Positions 9,799 to 19,477 of a DNA stretch of 58,951 bases are shown in pieces (within the stretch, counting starts at the first letter, position 1; every line of letters starts with the position of its first letter). The translations under genes and the position numbers were made by a program. The stretch comes from Myxococcales bacterium. GTDB lineage: Bacteria; Myxococcota_A; Polyangia; Polyangiales; JAFGIB01. The stretch is taken from NCBI GenBank assembly GCA_028817905.1, contig JAPPOR010000007.1:3502-62452 (forward strand), written 5' to 3'. The notes below the pieces were generated by a model. The model worked only from the letters and a program-made list of their open reading frames with translations. It had not been told where the DNA came from and ran no database searches.

Positions 9799-11376
9799 AT
9801 GCCGGATGCTCCCAATAGTCCCCACCGCGACGAGCTCTCGGACCTGCGCGCATGCTTCAGCGCATGCCTGGACACGTCGAGCTATGGAACGCTCGTCTGC
9901 GGGCAGGATGGAACCGTACTCGCAGCCAACAGCCGCCTGTGCGAACTGTTCACGCTGGACCGCGACGCGATCATCGGCAGACCGGCCCCCGACGTGCTGT
10001 CACGCATCGGCAGGTCTTTCGCTGACACGGGCGCCTTTTCGGCGCGTTTGAACGCCGCGCGGGCCGAGGCGACGGCCAGCGGCAGCGTGGACGGCCGCAC
10101 AGGGGCCCAGAGCCTCGAAAGCTGGCTGGACGACGCCCTACCGCTCAAGAGTGGGAAAAGCCAGGTCATCTCGATAACATGCGCCGCGATTCGTAGAGAC
10201 GGCCAAGTCCTGGGAGACGTCTGGTCCTTTGAGGATGCAGGCGAGGTCAGTCGCGATGATGCACTCCTGCATACCCTGGGAGAAGCGTCCGCCACGGCCT
10301 ACGTCATCACCCGCGTCTCAGACGCCACGATCCTATACGCAAACGAAGAGATGGGCCGGCTGCTGGGTTGTCCGCCCTCGGAACTGATCGGCGGGCAAAG
10401 CTACCCCTTCTACGACAACCCCGACGACCGAACCGTCTACATCAACAGGCTCATGCAGGAAGGGCGCATCCGCAACCACGAGGTGAAGATGCGGCGTCGG
10501 GACGGTGCGACATTCTGGTCGCTCCTGAGCATGAACAAGCTCGATCTCGCCGGCGAGACGGTGGCGATTGGCAGCTTATACGACATCACAGCCCGTCGTC
10601 ATGCTGAGGAGAAGCAGCAAGCCGCGCTCCGGGAGCTGCGAGAGACCCAGGCAATGCTGGTCACGTCCGAAAAGATGGCGGCCCTCGGCAACCTGGTGGC
10701 GGGCATCGCGCACGAGATCAACACCCCCGTCGGCGCCATGCTCAGCACCCACGACACCCTCATGCGGGCGTTCGCGCGACTCAAACCCCAGCTCAGGGCA
10801 GACAGGCCCGAGACCGAGCCCCTCGTCAGGACGATCCAGGACTGCAACGAGGTCATTCAGTGCGGCGCCAACCGGGTTGCGGCGATCGTGCGGCGCCTGC
10901 GCAGCTTTGCACGCCTGGACGAGGCCGAGCTCCAGGAAGCCAATCTCGAAGAAGGGCTCGATGACACCCTGGCCCTGCTCCACCACCAGCTGAAGCACGG
11001 CATCGAGATCGAGCGGGACTACGGGAGCATCCCACCCATCCGGTGCTACCCGGGCAGGCTCAATCAGGTGTTCCTTAACCTGCTCGTCAACGCACGCCAG
11101 GCGATCGAGGGCACCGGCAAAATCACCGTCCGCACGCGCAAGCTGGACGGGCGGGTCTCGGTTCAAATCATCGACAGCGGCTGCGGTATCCCCCCGGACC
11201 ACATCCCGCGGCTGTTCGACCCCGGCTTCACGACCAAAGGCGTCGGTGTCGGCACCGGCCTCGGTCTATCGATCTGCTTTCAGATCATCCAGGAGCACAA
11301 GGGCGAGATCCGCGTCGAAAGCAAGGTCGACACCGGAACCACCTTCGAAGTGCTGGTGCCCGAAGCCCCTGGGTAG
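9799..11376 (+). CDS. Cytoplasmic PAS-PAS sensor histidine kinase
   Basis: H-box AHEINTP, N-box NLLVNA, G1 DSGCG, F-box LFDPGFTTK, G2 GTGLGL; two PAS-like regions; no TM helix. Confidence 0.93.
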   Translation: MPDAPNSPHRDELSDLRACFSACLDTSSYGTLVCGQDGTVLAANSRLCELFTLDRDAIIGRPAPDVLSRIGRSFADTGAFSARLNAARAEATASGSVDGRTGAQSLESWLDDALPLKSGKSQVISITCAAIRRDGQVLGDVWSFEDAGEVSRDDALLHTLGEASATAYVITRVSDATILYANEEMGRLLGCPPSELIGGQSYPFYDNPDDRTVYINRLMQEGRIRNHEVKMRRRDGATFWSLLSMNKLDLAGETVAIGSLYDITARRHAEEKQQAALRELRETQAMLVTSEKMAALGNLVAGIAHEINTPVGAMLSTHDTLMRAFARLKPQLRADRPETEPLVRTIQDCNEVIQCGANRVAAIVRRLRSFARLDEAELQEANLEEGLDDTLALLHHQLKHGIEIERDYGSIPPIRCYPGRLNQVFLNLLVNARQAIEGTGKITVRTRKLDGRVSVQIIDSGCGIPPDHIPRLFDPGFTTKGVGVGTGLGLSICFQIIQEHKGEIRVESKVDTGTTFEVLVPEAPG

Positions 11377-11411
11377 GAAGTGGGCCGCCGCGCGCGGTGG
11401 CCCCGGCTTCC
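11376..11411. terminator. GC-rich hairpin between convergent genes (possible bidirectional terminator)
   Basis: GGGCCGCCGC..GCGGTGGCCC stem with an outer GGAAG/CTTCC pair; no U-tract. Confidence 0.35.
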
Positions 11412-11416
11412 AGGCC

Positions 11417-12898
11417 CTACTCCGCCTGACAGTAGCCTTGGTCGTCCGCGACCCCGCCGTTGTCCCAGCAGGCCAGCCATGCCTCCAGGAAGGCGTGCTG
11501 GTCATCGACGAACTCGTGTAGCTCCATCACCTTCTGGTAGTACAAATCATTGTCGTAGGGCTTGTTCTGATCGTCCAGGACCGCCTGTTCGATCTGCGCC
11601 GTCCAGGTGTCGATGCGCTCATGCAAGACCGACGGCTGATAGGCATCCTGGACGATCTCGCGAATCGTCTCGATGTACTGGGCGTGCCAGTCCGGGTCTC
11701 GCATCAACAGATCGTACCAGGGCCGACCATGGGTCCTGTCCTTCTCCCACACGATCGGATCGGGGTTGACTGGATACTCGCCACCCGGGGCGTGACTGAA
11801 GCGCTCGAACGTGTTGTCCAGGTCCCATGGGATCAGGACGATCTTGCGAGTGATCGGATCGTCATAGAGGTAGCCGTTGAGGCCGCCTCCCCAGTAGCCG
11901 TCCGAGTTGGGAATCACGGCATCAGCCGCGAAGACCCGCAGAGCCGTTGGCAGGTCGAGCGTCCGTCCAAGCACGTCGGCCGTGGTAGCGGTGCGAAGCA
12001 AGAGAATGCGGTCTTCAGTGGCAATGTCCTTGTTGGTCTTGATTTCCCAACCCGCTCGCTTCCAAAGGTCACCATCGTCGTCGATGAACGTCCGGCCGAG
12101 GAACTTCTTGTCGACCTTCTCGATGTTGGTGAAGATGCCGTAGTACTCCCCATTTACGACCAGGCGCGCGTGATTGGCACAGGGAGCCCTGAGGCCAGCG
12201 TCCCGCAGAATCGCAAGACCCAAGCGATCCCGCAGCATGTGGCGGTTGTAGGTCGCCGCGTCCAACGCCAGGGTCTTCAACCCCAAGAAGCGCTTCTCCT
12301 TGGTTCGAAAACGAATCTGAAACTGCATCTTGTCTGCCGGCAGCGGCTCCCAGAAGGTCGGGTTGCCACGCAAACGAATGAAGATGTCTTCAATAACGAC
12401 ATCGTCGTATCGGAACTGGGCAACAGGATGGTAGGGCTTCGGATTGATTCCCATACTGTCGTTCTGGGAGCCATTGTTCCATTCGTCCTTGAGCGCCTCC
12501 CATTCCTCGGCGGCCATGGTGATCTCGAAGGTCGGAAAGAGTTCCTGCGAATGGATCACGTGACAACCTTCCTCGTCGCGCGGAATCACGAAGCCAAGGT
12601 CGGGGACAGCCGCATCGGCCTCAGCGGCATCCACGGGGATGGTCGCGTCGCGATCAGGTCCATCACCCAACCCATCCCCGCCAGCGTCGAGCATGGTTTC
12701 CATTTCGGGCCCGGTGCGGGGCCCGGCATCCTGCCCGGCGTCGCCGTCCTGGCGCCCCGTCCGCGTCTGTCCCGCATCCGGCGTTGGCTTGCCAGAAACC
12801 GTCGCAACATCCGGCGTGCAGGCACCGATGGTCGGCAAACTTCCGACAACCACCACCGCCAGCAACGCTCCTAAGCTCCGTACCAATCGATCGAACAT
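11417..12898 (-). CDS. CotH kinase family protein (probable lipoprotein)
   Basis: IRLRGN, NGEYYGIFTNIEKVDKKFL, NGYLYDD and LIPWDLDNTF CotH-type motifs; signal region with IGAC. Confidence 0.88.
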   Translation of the reverse strand: MFDRLVRSLGALLAVVVVGSLPTIGACTPDVATVSGKPTPDAGQTRTGRQDGDAGQDAGPRTGPEMETMLDAGGDGLGDGPDRDATIPVDAAEADAAVPDLGFVIPRDEEGCHVIHSQELFPTFEITMAAEEWEALKDEWNNGSQNDSMGINPKPYHPVAQFRYDDVVIEDIFIRLRGNPTFWEPLPADKMQFQIRFRTKEKRFLGLKTLALDAATYNRHMLRDRLGLAILRDAGLRAPCANHARLVVNGEYYGIFTNIEKVDKKFLGRTFIDDDGDLWKRAGWEIKTNKDIATEDRILLLRTATTADVLGRTLDLPTALRVFAADAVIPNSDGYWGGGLNGYLYDDPITRKIVLIPWDLDNTFERFSHAPGGEYPVNPDPIVWEKDRTHGRPWYDLLMRDPDWHAQYIETIREIVQDAYQPSVLHERIDTWTAQIEQAVLDDQNKPYDNDLYYQKVMELHEFVDDQHAFLEAWLACWDNGGVADDQGYCQAE

Positions 12899-13010
12899 AT
12901 TTGTAATGATCCGCGATCAGCGGATCTGGATCTACCCCACAGGGGAACCCATGGACCACATGGAGCGCCACTCGGACCACCGGCTCCTACCCCACTGCCG
13001 AGTAACCTAG

Positions 13011-13090
13011 CGACCTTGTCCAAACGCTTCCAATCAAGGTAACGCCACCAAACTTGACGCAAACGCCCACAGAACGCTGACTCAAGGTCG
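13011..13090. mobile_element. 80-bp MITE-like element bounded by CTAG/CTAA
   Basis: TAGCGACCTTG (13008-13018) is the exact inverse of CAAGGTCGCTA (13083-13093); internal 13029-13079 matches 58901-58951 at 43/51 positions. Confidence 0.6.
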
Positions 13091-13795
13091 CTAAGGGCCC
13101 GAAACGAAGCGGGTCCGGCGTACCTGGTGCAGGCGGAAACTGCTATCGCTATCGAGGGTTGGATCCGTCTCGCCCGTTGTCGTGCGCGTCACGGTGACAT
13201 CGACATCGCAAGCGTCGTCTTTCTTGCTCTTCCAGGCGCGAATCTCGCCCTTGCGGATTTCAAACTTGCCCGGGTCGCCTCCCACGTCGTAGCGCTCGTC
13301 GTGAATACACTTGCCGTCGATCTCGATTTCCACGTCGGCGCGACTGCCCGCAGGTGTCCACTCGATCACCACCTTGTCGCTCTTGCGGGACAGCGGCGTA
13401 CTTCCGAAGTCACTGCTGATGTCGAACGGAGGCGGAAGAACACCGCGATTGTCCGGCGCGGGGTCGTCCACCTCGCGCTCCAGGCTCACGACGAACTCGC
13501 CCTCGTCGACGCGAAACTTGGCCTCGTACTCGCCGTCGCTGGTCGCCTGCATCGGTCGCTTGTCGCCACCTGCGGTGGCGTACAACCGATCTCCCCCCTC
13601 GAGCACCATGTACGTGTTGCTGCCCTGCCCTCCGATCACCAGATCCGTCTCGACGACCGAGCGCCCGCCGCGTTCCGAGGTCACATCGATCCGCGCGACC
13701 ACCCCACCCGTGCGGATATTCCGTGACGACGTGGTAGCGGTGCAGGCGAGCGACGCGGTCGCCGCCAATGCCAGATTCACGATTGGATTGCGCAT
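13091..13795 (-). CDS. Hypothetical lipoprotein
   Basis: MRNPIVNLALAATASLAC lipoprotein-type signal; beta-rich body with a Cys pair. Confidence 0.75.
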   Translation of the reverse strand: MRNPIVNLALAATASLACTATTSSRNIRTGGVVARIDVTSERGGRSVVETDLVIGGQGSNTYMVLEGGDRLYATAGGDKRPMQATSDGEYEAKFRVDEGEFVVSLEREVDDPAPDNRGVLPPPFDISSDFGSTPLSRKSDKVVIEWTPAGSRADVEIEIDGKCIHDERYDVGGDPGKFEIRKGEIRAWKSKKDDACDVDVTVTRTTTGETDPTLDSDSSFRLHQVRRTRFVSGP

Positions 13796-13929
13796 GCCAA
13801 GCCTCCGGCGACGATTGTACCGATTTGCCCTCAATCGCCTAGAAAACAAACACGAACAGAGCCGCTCGTTTTCCAGACCTTTGCCCTACCGAGAAGCGGT
13901 GGACCAGGCCCTTTCGCGTGAGCAGCAAA

Positions 13930-14226
13930 TCAGGGTCGTCGGTGCTTGGCACGGGCCCGGTTGATGAAGGCTCCACGCCGGGCGCCGCGCTCGCGGGCTT
14001 CGTCCGCCCGCTTCCAACGTCGCTTGGCCCAGTCCATATCGAGGCCCCCGTCCCGCCTGCCACCTTGCCGGTCCCATCGGGTGTCGACGGCGCCACCACC
14101 CCCGAGCTCCGCTGGCGGCCCCACTGAGGTGGCGCGGGAGCTCGCACACGCCGACAGCACAAGCAACGATAGGCACCTCAAGAGTCCCACGACCCGAAGA
14201 CGGAACAACCCCTGTATCCTCGCCAT
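13930..14226 (-). CDS. Small hypothetical lipoprotein (98 aa)
   Basis: MARIQGLFRLRVVGLLRCLSLLVLSAC signal with LSAC lipobox; fills the gap between two minus-strand genes. Confidence 0.45.
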   Translation of the reverse strand: MARIQGLFRLRVVGLLRCLSLLVLSACASSRATSVGPPAELGGGGAVDTRWDRQGGRRDGGLDMDWAKRRWKRADEARERGARRGAFINRARAKHRRP

Positions 14227-14288
14227 CCAGCGCACGCGCCACTGTGTCCCATGCCAGACAGAAGGTCCACCGGCGAAGTACCCGCTAG

Positions 14289-16217
14289 CTAGAACGAATA
14301 CCCGTTGTAAATCACGAAGTCGCTCGGATGGGGAGCCGGGACCGCGATCAGCCCCGCCCGATCGAGCGCGATCGCTCGCCGCTGAACTTGACAATCGGGC
14401 TTGCAGCGTAGAGCAGGATGGTAGTGGTAGGCGAGCCATACGGGTTCAGACGGGTCGCTTCCGCGCACCTCCAGACGATTCATGGAGGCGGCAACGTGGC
14501 CACCGCCCCGCTGTACGCGCGCATGCGGGCGTAGGTTTCGATAGATCGTCCGCCCCGCGATCACATGCGAGCGCTCAAGCGTCTCCGGCATGCGAGCGAA
14601 TTCCGGGTGCTCGTGATGAGCGACGATCCTGTCGATCGCGTATGTGTCCAGGTATTCGGCCATGCGAGCTTCGGGAATGACCCTCCCTTGGTAGGGCCTG
14701 AAAACGTTCGCGAACGCATGCACCAGATTACGCTCGCGAAAGCCCCCGACGATCTCGACTCCGGATCGCCGCGCTAGCGCTTGCCACGCCAGACGCTCCC
14801 CCAGAGCGATATCCTCCACCAGCAGGCGCTCTCCAGACGCCACATGGCGGCCCACCCACATGGCCACACGGTCCCCGTAGCCGTCGACCATGGGAGAATG
14901 CGGCAGCGTAAAATCCAATGCGTCAACGTGCCCGTGTGCATAGAGCGGAGAAGGGTCACCCTCCATCAGCGGTTTCACATCCGGTAGCTTTCCAACGAAG
15001 AAGTAGCGCGCGTCGTTCCACAGATGCAGGCAGGTGCCCACCACCACAATCCAGCCCAACGCTCGCAATTCCACCCGTAAGCCGGCAAAGGGCCTCTGTC
15101 GGACAGCCCACACGACCGTCCAGGCAGCTGGCAAGGTCGCGGCAAACGCCGCTGGCAAGACATGGCGATAGGGCTGCATCTGATTCGCCAGAGGGACGTA
15201 GCGCCCCAGGTACGCGAAGAACAGCCCGGTGCCGACAGTCACCGCGATGGGCAAGAACCGCGCATCGTGGCTGCGGCGCCAATGCGCGAGACCAACGGCC
15301 GCGAGCGCCAAACACAGGAAGCGAAAGCCGGTTCGCGTTCCGACGACGCCGGTGTCGGTTGGGTCGTGCAGAATGTTGAGGAAGTCGGCGATCAGGGTCG
15401 CCAGCCCACCCTGCACGAAGAACGCGGAGTCCAGTATGTAGTCCCAATGGGCCAAGGCCACAAGGATCCAGGGCGCATTGATAGCCAATGTGATCGCGGC
15501 GACCACGGCAACAAACACGTGCTGCGCCACCGAGTAGGCGCGCGCATGCACTGCGTAGAGCGTCCCCATCGCGGGTGCCAATACAAAGAATACGAAGGGG
15601 TGCACCAGGTGACACAAGCCCAGGGCGATGCCCGTCGCGATCGCCCATGGGGCGGTGGGACGGCTCGCCATGCGCACAAACATCGAAAGCGGCAGAAGCA
15701 AGAGCACAGCCCCGTACGCGAAGGCATTCATACCGACCCACCAAAGCCAGCGCGCAAAGGAGTCGAAGTTCCACAGCATGCTCGCAAGGCCTCCTGCCAA
15801 GGCAGCGGTCCCGAGGGGCATTCCCAGCAGCATTCCAGCGGCGATCACGATGAGAGGCACCGATAGGGCGCTCACAAACGGAAACACATTGAACGCCTGT
15901 CCGCGCGTTAGGCCCGCCTTGTTCAGCCAGTAGGCCAACAGACTCCAGGCCTTGTTGTCCCCATCGAAGATCGTGTTCGCGGGATGGCCGGCCAGCAAGC
16001 TGACGTCGTAGCACCAGGTCTGGCCCCAACCTTCGAGGGACTGGATCAGCCGGTACGTCTGCCCGATGTGGGTATCATAGTCACCGCCCGTGACCGGCCG
16101 CCCCCGGGTAGCCACCTCCCACGGGAAAGCTCCGAGAACCAGTGCAGTGTGCAAGCCAAGCACGCTGGCCACTGCCAGGGCGGCGACCAGGCGGTCCCCT
16201 CGGGCCAGCGACGACAT
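14289..16217 (-). CDS. Polytopic membrane protein, GT-C glycosyltransferase-like
   Basis: More than 10 hydrophobic segments; acidic GGDYDTH motif in the first loop after TM1; soluble C-terminal domain. Confidence 0.65.
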   Translation of the reverse strand: MSSLARGDRLVAALAVASVLGLHTALVLGAFPWEVATRGRPVTGGDYDTHIGQTYRLIQSLEGWGQTWCYDVSLLAGHPANTIFDGDNKAWSLLAYWLNKAGLTRGQAFNVFPFVSALSVPLIVIAAGMLLGMPLGTAALAGGLASMLWNFDSFARWLWWVGMNAFAYGAVLLLLPLSMFVRMASRPTAPWAIATGIALGLCHLVHPFVFFVLAPAMGTLYAVHARAYSVAQHVFVAVVAAITLAINAPWILVALAHWDYILDSAFFVQGGLATLIADFLNILHDPTDTGVVGTRTGFRFLCLALAAVGLAHWRRSHDARFLPIAVTVGTGLFFAYLGRYVPLANQMQPYRHVLPAAFAATLPAAWTVVWAVRQRPFAGLRVELRALGWIVVVGTCLHLWNDARYFFVGKLPDVKPLMEGDPSPLYAHGHVDALDFTLPHSPMVDGYGDRVAMWVGRHVASGERLLVEDIALGERLAWQALARRSGVEIVGGFRERNLVHAFANVFRPYQGRVIPEARMAEYLDTYAIDRIVAHHEHPEFARMPETLERSHVIAGRTIYRNLRPHARVQRGGGHVAASMNRLEVRGSDPSEPVWLAYHYHPALRCKPDCQVQRRAIALDRAGLIAVPAPHPSDFVIYNGYSF

Positions 16218-16230
16218 TCGGGCAGGTTAG

Positions 16231-16378
16231 CCCGGATCATTGTCGACTTCGACGCCGCGCTCGTCCCTCGACTCCACAGGACTGTCCGCAGCCCTAGAAA
16301 TACGGGGGCATTCCCACCGGTCGTCGAAAGCCCTGTCAAGCCAAACCCCTGGGCGGTCCGCCGAAGGCACGAACCGGG
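16231..16378. mobile_element. MITE-like repeat, family 1, copy A
   Basis: Co-linear with 20878-21035 over ~140 bp (shared TAGCCCGGATCA, GCCCTAGAAA, CGGTCGTCGAAAGCCCTGT); right end degenerate. Confidence 0.65.
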
Positions 16379-16426
16379 TGGGTACAAATCAGCAGAGCTC
16401 CGGCAGTTCGTGCTAGACTCCCGGGC

Positions 16427-17440
16427 GTGGAACCGGATCTCGCTCTGGACGCCCCGCGGGCCGACGACCTCGAGACTGCCCGTGCTGTCATGCAAACGAT
16501 CGGCAACCGCGCTCGGGCCGCCGTGGTGGGCCGTGACGATGTCGTCGAGCTAGTACTGATCGCGTTGCTCTCGGACGGTCATGTCCTGCTCGAAGACTAT
16601 CCTGGCTCCGGCAAAACGACGCTGGCCCGCTGCTTGGGGGCGTCTCTCGCAGCCGACGACACCAGCCCCTTGCCACCCTTTCGGCGCATTCAATTCACAC
16701 CCGATTTGCTCCCCAGCGATGTCACTGGGACCAGCGTCTTCGAGTTGGAGACGAATCGCCTCGAGTTTCGGCCGGGTCCCATCTTCGCGCACATTGTGCT
16801 CGCGGACGAGATCAACAGGACGTCTCCCAAGGTGCAGGCCGCCATGCTGGAGGCGATGGCTGAAAAGCAAGTAACGGTCGACAACACAACCCACCGGCTC
16901 GATGAGCTGTTCTTCGTGATAGCCACGCAGAACCCCATCGACGTGGTGGGTACGTACCCGTTGCCAACGCCGCAACTCGATCGGTTCCTCTTCAAGATTC
17001 GCATGCACCACATTGCCCGCGAGGCGGAACTGGAGGTGCTCTCCCAGTACCCTCAGGCCAGTCTTTCGCTTGCCGAAGGAATGGACCGCGTGTCGCGCGA
17101 TCAGCTCCTGCGCGCACGCCGTGCAACCAGAACTGGGGTTGGAATCACACCCACCATCAAGGAAGCCCTGGTGGATCTTGCCCGGCGCCTACGCGCAGAT
17201 GACCGGGTCCTGCAGGGCGCATCCACCCGAAGCCTCGTACTGATGATGCCCGCACTGCAGGCGCGGGCTCTCTTGCGCGGGCGCGACTTTGTGGCACCCG
17301 AGGACATCGAGGCACTGGCCGTTCCGGTATTCGGTCACCGCATTGAATGCGCTCCCGGTATCCAGGCCAGCGAGGAGATTATCGAGAGTCACCTGTCCGC
17401 GGTGGTCGAGGGGCTCGCCCGTTCGAGCCTCGGTTCATGA
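16427..17440 (+). CDS. moxR: MoxR family AAA+ ATPase
   Basis: PGSGKT Walker A, RIQFTPDLLPSD, LADEINR, ATQNP, GTYPLP..QLDRF. Confidence 0.95.
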   Translation: MEPDLALDAPRADDLETARAVMQTIGNRARAAVVGRDDVVELVLIALLSDGHVLLEDYPGSGKTTLARCLGASLAADDTSPLPPFRRIQFTPDLLPSDVTGTSVFELETNRLEFRPGPIFAHIVLADEINRTSPKVQAAMLEAMAEKQVTVDNTTHRLDELFFVIATQNPIDVVGTYPLPTPQLDRFLFKIRMHHIAREAELEVLSQYPQASLSLAEGMDRVSRDQLLRARRATRTGVGITPTIKEALVDLARRLRADDRVLQGASTRSLVLMMPALQARALLRGRDFVAPEDIEALAVPVFGHRIECAPGIQASEEIIESHLSAVVEGLARSSLGS

Positions 17441-17486
17441 GCAGGCCGAGGGCTTTTCGGGACGTGTCCATGGGGCGCACCGAGCG

Positions 17487-19469
17487 ATGAGCCGGCGCAC
17501 CGGATCGCTGGGCGGGCTGACCCTAATGGCGGTGATCACAGGCGCGCTTGCGGCCGCACCGCTACAGGGGCAAGTGTCGATGCCCGACCTGGTGTTGTCT
17601 GGGCAGGACGCCAGCCCCGACGAAATGGAAGCATTCGCGTTTATTGAAGCCGGCAGTCCGATCCGGGCCCGCGAAAAAGCAAGCGAGATTCTCGCCGCCA
17701 ACACGAAGTCGTTCGTCGCACACCTGGTATTGGGACGCGTTCAGAACGAAGCCGAGGGTTCCTTTCCGCGAGCGCGGTTTCACTTCGAGCGCGCGCTGTC
17801 CTTGTACGAGTCACGGTATGGCAAGGAACCCGGCATGGATCAACCCTGGCGCTGGCACGCCTTGCTGCTGCGCCAACTCGCACTCGTACACGGCCACCTC
17901 GAGCGGTACTCCGATCGGCTCGCTTATATCGCTCGCTTCAACGAGCTCTACGAGCCTGACATGATCGCCGAACGCGCTTGGCCGCTGATGAAACTGGGCC
18001 GCTACGAAGAGGCCAAGCTGGCCTCGGAACTCGCCATGTCTCTGGAAGCGAGGCCTGACCAGCGCACGATCGCCCTCAATGCCCTATGCGCGATCGAGTT
18101 CGAGGCAGGTCGCGATGGCGCTAGTTACACAGCATGCAGACGGGCGGTCGATGACGCCCGGAAGCAGGGAGGGTCGCCGTCCTCGGTCGACTTGACCAAC
18201 CTGGCGGAATCGTCTCGTTCCCTTTTCAAGCTGGACGAAGCCGAACGAATTGCGATGGAAGCTACGCGTGCTCCCGTGTCCTGGTACGGCAACCCGTGGC
18301 TCGAGCTCGCCGAACTGTACACGCGGCAGGGTCGCTTCATGGATGCCCTGGCCGCGCTCCGGGAGATCCCGGACTACCGCGCTCTGAGGCCACCCCATGT
18401 GCGCGACGCTGACAAGAATGAGACCCGCAGGGCACTGTCAGCCTTTCTGCTGACAACCGCCCACACGGAGGAAGCCATCGTGCTGACGGAGCAGGCGATG
18501 CACCTACACGACCGCCGTGCCCACAGCAGTCGCGACGTCGTACAGGACCATGTGGTCGCGGCCCTGTTAGACCGGCGGGCCCGACTCTCGCTCGCTGAGC
18601 ACGCGGTCGAACAGGCGTCCGCTGCGCCCTTCTACCAGCGCGTCGCTGCTGCCGCGACCGCAGCCTGGCACCGCCTGTCCGCGTGGCACTCAGGCCTGGT
18701 CGTGACGCGCCTGCTGAGTTCCCCAGAACACCTCACGGGCACATTTCGAATCGGGACCGCCAGCGCTGCGGTGATGCCTCCCTGGCTGCTTGGTGAGCTG
18801 GTCGATGTGCTGGGGCCAGCGGTGGTAAGGGCAGCCGTGAAGGCGGCGTTGGCGGAAGACAAGCGACGGGGTGCGTCTGCCTACTATGAGAGCGTACTGA
18901 GTGAGGCTGAGCTCAAGGACGGATCGCCAGGTCAGGCGCGCGAGCTAGCTGCCAGCAGCCTGCGAGGACTCAGCTCCGCCGAAGCATTGGTCCGCGCACG
19001 GCTATACGCGCTGTCGGCCGAAGCGGCGCGCCGCAGTGGTGACGTGCAGGCGACCTTGTCGCACTGGGACTCGGCTTTCCAGATCGATCCCGGGATCGTG
19101 CGTAGATTGTCCCTGGCCATCCCGGTGCGCATCACGGCCGCCGATGGGCCGGTAGCGGCAGAGGTGGCGTCCGCACTGGGGCGCTCGCCCCGGCTGCGGC
19201 TCAGCGATGCGGGGCTGTCCGTGCGGGTCGAGTCCGACGGCTCGTCCGGCAGTGTCTGTTTGCTGGGTCAAAGCGATGCTGTCTTGGGCTGTGGGCGCGC
19301 GGCCCGCGACGCGGGCGACGACCGCGACGCCCTCATCCAGAAGGTCGTTGCTGCCTTTCATGACGAGGTATTCTCACCGCGAGTGTCCCTCTCGCGCGCA
19401 GATATCAATTCCCTAGATGGAACCAACCTCGTCGGGCGCCAAGCCTTGGACGATGCCCTTTCCGAGTAG
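17487..19469 (+). CDS. Exported TPR-like alpha-helical protein
   Basis: Signal-like N-terminus; TPR-like helical pairs (e.g. PWLELAELYTRQGRFMDALAAL); start uncertain. Confidence 0.7.
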   Translation: MSRRTGSLGGLTLMAVITGALAAAPLQGQVSMPDLVLSGQDASPDEMEAFAFIEAGSPIRAREKASEILAANTKSFVAHLVLGRVQNEAEGSFPRARFHFERALSLYESRYGKEPGMDQPWRWHALLLRQLALVHGHLERYSDRLAYIARFNELYEPDMIAERAWPLMKLGRYEEAKLASELAMSLEARPDQRTIALNALCAIEFEAGRDGASYTACRRAVDDARKQGGSPSSVDLTNLAESSRSLFKLDEAERIAMEATRAPVSWYGNPWLELAELYTRQGRFMDALAALREIPDYRALRPPHVRDADKNETRRALSAFLLTTAHTEEAIVLTEQAMHLHDRRAHSSRDVVQDHVVAALLDRRARLSLAEHAVEQASAAPFYQRVAAAATAAWHRLSAWHSGLVVTRLLSSPEHLTGTFRIGTASAAVMPPWLLGELVDVLGPAVVRAAVKAALAEDKRRGASAYYESVLSEAELKDGSPGQARELAASSLRGLSSAEALVRARLYALSAEAARRSGDVQATLSHWDSAFQIDPGIVRRLSLAIPVRITAADGPVAAEVASALGRSPRLRLSDAGLSVRVESDGSSGSVCLLGQSDAVLGCGRAARDAGDDRDALIQKVVAAFHDEVFSPRVSLSRADINSLDGTNLVGRQALDDALSE

Positions 19470-19477
19470 CCACCCTC

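Noticed and set aside
9799-11376. Pairing of the orphan kinase with the response regulator at 56418
   Set aside because: 45 kb apart; nothing in the sequence links them
11621-12874. Long antisense ORFs (also 14956-16029, 22910-24085, 45883-46920 and similar)
   Set aside because: Shadow or alternate-frame ORFs expected in high-GC DNA; they overlap motif-supported genes
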